Shown here: piece after piece, positions 25,901 to 28,425 of the stretch
Layout of the letters: every line of letters starts with the position of its first letter
How positions within the stretch are numbered: position 1 is the stretch's first letter
Source: Thermoplasmata archaeon
Lineage (GTDB): Archaea; Thermoplasmatota; SW-10-69-26; JACQPN01; JAJPHT01
Direction: 5' to 3'
DNA: 28,425 nucleotides
Assembly: GCA_034667685.1 (NCBI GenBank)
Contig: JAXDQU010000062.1
Span: 1 to 28,425 of the forward strand
Translations under genes and position numbers: made by a program
The notes under the pieces: generated by a model
Told to the model about the DNA's origin: nothing
The model's database searches: none
The model's input: the letters and a program-made list of their open reading frames with translations, nothing else

Positions 25901-27494
25901 CGTCGCTCCACGTGTTGTCCGTGAAGTCGGTGTCGTCCACGTTGTACGCGATGCAGGGGCCGTTGTAGACGGAGTCCTTGAAGAGGACGACCTTCGCGTT
26001 GGGATCGCACTTGAGGATGCGGATGCTGCTCGCGGCCTTGTCGAAGGAGATGCCGGCCAGGTTCGCGTTGTTGCCGGAGAGGATCGCGGAGGTGCCGCCG
26101 TAGTTGGCGTCCCCGTAGAGGATCGCCCAGTAGCCCGGCTTCACCTGGACGCTGCTGGCCTGGTCGTTGAGGTTGAAGCCGTTGCTCATCGTGTCCGCGG
26201 GGAAGTTAGAGTCGGAGGCGCTCAGCGCGAAGCAGCCGCCGTCGTAGTTGGTCGACGAGAAGAGGATGACCGGCGAGGTGGCGACGCAAGTGGTCGACTT
26301 GGTCGTGAACGTCCACGCGCCGGACGAGGGGCCGTTGGCCGTCGCGCCGTGGGTGTCGGTCGCGGTGACGCGCCACGCGTACTGCTGGCCGGGGTTGAGG
26401 TAGCCGAGGCTGCTGCTGGGACACGAGGTCGAGGTCGTCGTGCAACGCAGCGTCGAAGCGCTGGTGCCCGCGTCGAGGTAAACGCGGTACGTCACGGTGT
26501 CGCCGGGGTCGGGGTCGCCGCCGCTCCAGGTGAGGCCCGTGTCGACCGAGACGCCCGTCGAGCCGCTCAGGGGCGAGGCGGCGGTGGGCGCGTAGGGCGC
26601 GTTGTTGAGGGTCGTGAACGACTGGTCGGTGCCGCACTGGCTGCCGTAGCCGTTGTCGCCGCAGATCTGGAAGTGGTAGATCGTGTTGCCGGCGAGGCCG
26701 CTGACGGTGCGGGAGCAGGAGCCCGACGTGCCCTGCGGGCAGGTGATGGTCGAGCTGGTGAGGCCGTAGCCCGTCGTCGTGCCGTAGTTGTAGTGGATGT
26801 TCGCGATGGTGCCCGAGTCGTCGAAGTTGCGCCCGTTGAGGGTGGCGGACGTGCCTCCCACGCCGGAGGCCGCGTCCGTGACCATCACGGGCGAGTGGTC
26901 GATGTCCGCCCAGAAGATCGTGTCATCGGTGGGCCAGATGAGGGCGTTCCCGCTCTCCTTGGTCAGCTTCGCCGACTGGCTGTCGCTGGCGCGATAGGGA
27001 TTGGCGTTGGAGTAGTACGCCCGCATGCACGTCGTGCACGACTGGTCCCAGTCCATGTAGAACTCGGCGTACGAGGCCGGGTTGAAGCTCACGGGCGGGC
27101 TGAAGACGAACTCCACGTAGCCGGCCGACGCGGGCACGGCGGTGGCGGCCTTGCATGAGCTGGTCACGGAGCCGCCGGTCTGGGCGAAGCGCATGCACAC
27201 CGTCCCCGCGGTCGAGGTGGTGTCCATCCAGACCCCGATGCGGTCCATGTAGGCGTGCTGGTAGGGCGGACTGGGCGTGATGAACTTCTGGCCGATGCTG
27301 TGGGTCGTGCCGCTGTAGAGGTAGAACGTGGAGCTCCCGACGTTGTTGGACTCGTGGGCCTCGTAGGCGTCGGCGAGCGGGAGGCCCGAGACGAGGAGGA
27401 GCGCGGCGAACGCAAGGGCGGCCCCGGCAAGGAGCGCGACCGTCGGCGAGCGCGCGGAGGCGGCGGAAGGATCGGAAGAGACGGATGGGCGCAT
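22947..27494 (-). CDS. Large secreted multidomain zinc metalloprotease-like protein (beta/gamma-crystallin, PPC-like and FN3 domains)
   Basis: Signal region after ATG 27494; crystallin motifs LFSSTNYDG..SSVQV..LYGDANYGG; HEVGHAMGAVNSNAPH; four C-terminal FN3 repeats. Confidence 0.88.
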   Translation of the reverse strand: MRPSVSSDPSAASARSPTVALLAGAALAFAALLLVSGLPLADAYEAHESNNVGSSTFYLYSGTTHSIGQKFITPSPPYQHAYMDRIGVWMDTTSTAGTVCMRFAQTGGSVTSSCKAATAVPASAGYVEFVFSPPVSFNPASYAEFYMDWDQSCTTCMRAYYSNANPYRASDSQSAKLTKESGNALIWPTDDTIFWADIDHSPVMVTDAASGVGGTSATLNGRNFDDSGTIANIHYNYGTTTGYGLTSSTITCPQGTSGSCSRTVSGLAGNTIYHFQICGDNGYGSQCGTDQSFTTLNNAPYAPTAASPLSGSTGVSVDTGLTWSGGDPDPGDTVTYRVYLDAGTSASTLRCTTTSTSCPSSSLGYLNPGQQYAWRVTATDTHGATANGPSSGAWTFTTKSTTCVATSPVILFSSTNYDGGCFALSASDSNFPADTMSNGFNLNDQASSVQVKPGYWAILYGDANYGGTSAILSGNNANLAGISFDKAASSIRILKCDPNAKVVLFKDSVYNGPCIAYNVDDTDFTDNTWSDGTAVNDQPSSLWVKEGYVASLYLNTPSDPSGVGTPLVVVHDQPDLSRSYVNFNDVASGLKITGSGTTVMNNAFATPALVADDYVYTVRESTAGAGTEVGESTTCGTSITGGTVWFKFVARHSGTARISTWGSDYNTVLAAYSGTSLGSPQVTCNNDDSGTTQSHIEFTCVAGQEYRIQVGGLNGATGNLLFQASGCMSFHQDPFVPSPVLPHDPICAANLANPHFELLYVHANDAPDLYNQRAARLRALVGEMNSFLHYDASLQGGRTADYVVKCSGGQVDVQDVGVNVPSSGDVVGALQPSFSAPNTKYIIWFEKRYDCGYGFETGATGSNAFSSLNGYAGGNGWSVIFCDDSEHGAADMMHEVGHAMGAVNSNAPHSDGGSHCTDKRSMMCDNDADNPADPCSTLRYDCGYDDYFNPNPTPGTWIFNHWNQGHKYNAFIQFGTPPANDDFAARTGIGSAPYAQTVGTTTATHEMAATALGTEPWSATCGSQTNTVWYSYTPAVSGTVTVTTAGSSFSTTLAAYTGSSINSLAQVTCDSSGATTSQISFNAVGGTAYAIQVGGKNGAAGSLQVSLSCAPNNCVPSPPSAPQSPAAAAGPGVGQITVSWSAPASNGGSAITQYNVYGASSSSGPFSLLGTTGGSTFSYAESGLGNGVARFYRVSATNSLGEGPQSGTASATTWAVPGAPQNLAASAGPSPGQIRLTWAAPASNGGTAITGYTVYRGTSSTGPFSFVGTTSGSTLTYTDSGLGNGATRYYVVSASNAVGEGPQSGASGATTWTVPGAPQSPAATAGPSPGQIRLTWAAPASNGGTAVTGYTVYRGTSSSGPFSLLATTGAATLAYTDTGLGNGASRYYVVSASNVVGEGPQTSSVGATTWTVPSAPLSLDAQTGTSLNQINVVWSAPASTGGTAVTSYQLYRATAASGPFSFVATIPAPTLTYTDSGLTPATTYWYYATATNAVGPGPSSNTDCAKPYPNPLGGC
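23260..24140 (-). repeat. Tandem FN3-coding repeats, about 294-nt period
   Basis: For example ttgctcgccgagacgacgtagtagcgcg at both 23314 and 23608. Confidence 0.8.
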
Positions 27495-27597
27495 GGACAG
27501 TTCCCCGGGGAGCGTGCGGGTGGGACGAGATAACGCTTCGGTTCGGCTGGCAACCTCGCCGTTGCGCTTGCCCGCGCCCGGTTGCCAAGCGCGCGCA

Positions 27598-28425
27598 TCA
27601 TTCGTGGATCGCAGGCGGCTCCGACCACGCCGTGAGCGCGGCCGCCGCGACGATGAGCAGCCCGCCCGCGATGCCAAGCGCGTCGGGAAGCTCGCGCAGG
27701 AAGAGCGCCGCCAGGAGGAGCGTGCTCACCGGCTCCAACGTGCTGATGACGCTGGTGCGCGACGCGCCCGCGAGCGGGAGCGCGGCCATGAAGAGCGAGA
27801 GCGCGAGGCCGCCCGCGATCGTGCCGATGCCCAGCGCCGCGAGCAGGCCGCGCGTCGAGCCCGGGACGTCGAGCTGCCCGGTCGCAAGGGCGAAGACGAG
27901 GTAGCTCGCGCACGCGCCGCACGCGACGGCGAGCGAGACCCACGGCCAGGGCGCGTCGCCCGCCACCTTGCGCGAGGCGAGCGTGGTCGCCGCGTAGACC
28001 ACCGCGCTGCCCAGCGCCAGCAGCACGCCCGCAGGCGAGAGCGCGCCCGAGAACGCGCCCGACGCCAGGAGCGCCAGGCCCGCGAGCGCCAGGACGAGCC
28101 CGACCGCGCCGCGCCAGCCCAGGCGCTCGCGGAAGAGGGCGTACGACGCGGCGGCGACGAGCGGGGGCGCGAGGTAGAGCAGGAAGCTCGCCACCGCGGC
28201 GGGAAGGAGCCGGATGCTCGGGAAATAGAGCGCCGTCGTGCCCGCATAGCCGACGGCGCCCACGAGGAACGCCGCGCCGAACGCGCGTCCCGAGCCGCGC
28301 CGCGCGAGGGCGAGCGGGAGGACCACGAGCGCCGCGAGGCCGAAGCGCGCGATGAGCAGCGTCGGGACGTTCCACCCTTCGGCGTACGCGACCTTGGTGA
28401 GCACGCCGAGGCTGCCGTACGCGAT
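27598..28425 (-). CDS. EamA/DMT family transporter, 5' end outside the window
   Basis: Multiple TMs, LIARF, LLYLAPP, LFRERL, STLEPV; the frame stays open to the window edge. Confidence 0.92.
   Translation of the reverse strand: MAYGSLGVLTKVAYAEGWNVPTLLIARFGLAALVVLPLALARRGSGRAFGAAFLVGAVGYAGTTALYFPSIRLLPAAVASFLLYLAPPLVAAASYALFRERLGWRGAVGLVLALAGLALLASGAFSGALSPAGVLLALGSAVVYAATTLASRKVAGDAPWPWVSLAVACGACASYLVFALATGQLDVPGSTRGLLAALGIGTIAGGLALSLFMAALPLAGASRTSVISTLEPVSTLLLAALFLRELPDALGIAGGLLIVAAAALTAWSEPPAIHE

Noticed and set aside
21645-27158. 1837-aa + strand ORF, and similar long ORFs 16453..20205, 995..3727, 19402..21918 and 19310..21781
   Set aside because: Arg/Ala/Gly-rich shadow frames overlapping well-supported genes; expected at this GC content.

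Overview
Very GC-rich archaeal chromosomal window. tiaS, a fused kae1-bud32, an XPD/Rad3 helicase, a PGF-CTERM-like sorting signal and TATA-like boxes about 25 nt before start codons all indicate an archaeon; Thermoplasmatota is plausible but is an inference. About 30 real CDSs are present, and most long six-frame ORFs are GC shadow frames. Housekeeping genes (tiaS, kae1-bud32, rdgB, xpd, thioredoxin, EamA, 2-hydroxyacid dehydrogenase) are mixed with many cell-surface genes. The best candidate for an undescribed system is 8684-9126: a roughly 270-nt, almost fully base-paired + strand RNA with about 10 G-U wobbles, which buries the start of an 18-aa hydrophobic uORF and overlaps the 5' end of a small ribbon-helix-helix gene. 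Other notable items are a ferritin-like/encapsulin-A-domain-like fusion divergent from a thioredoxin, an XPD with a TFS/Rpb9-like N-terminal zinc ribbon, a GT2 synthase next to a catalytically degenerate deacetylase-collagen fusion, two membrane-anchored double-wHTH regulators facing secreted proteins, and REP/MITE-like palindromic repeats.
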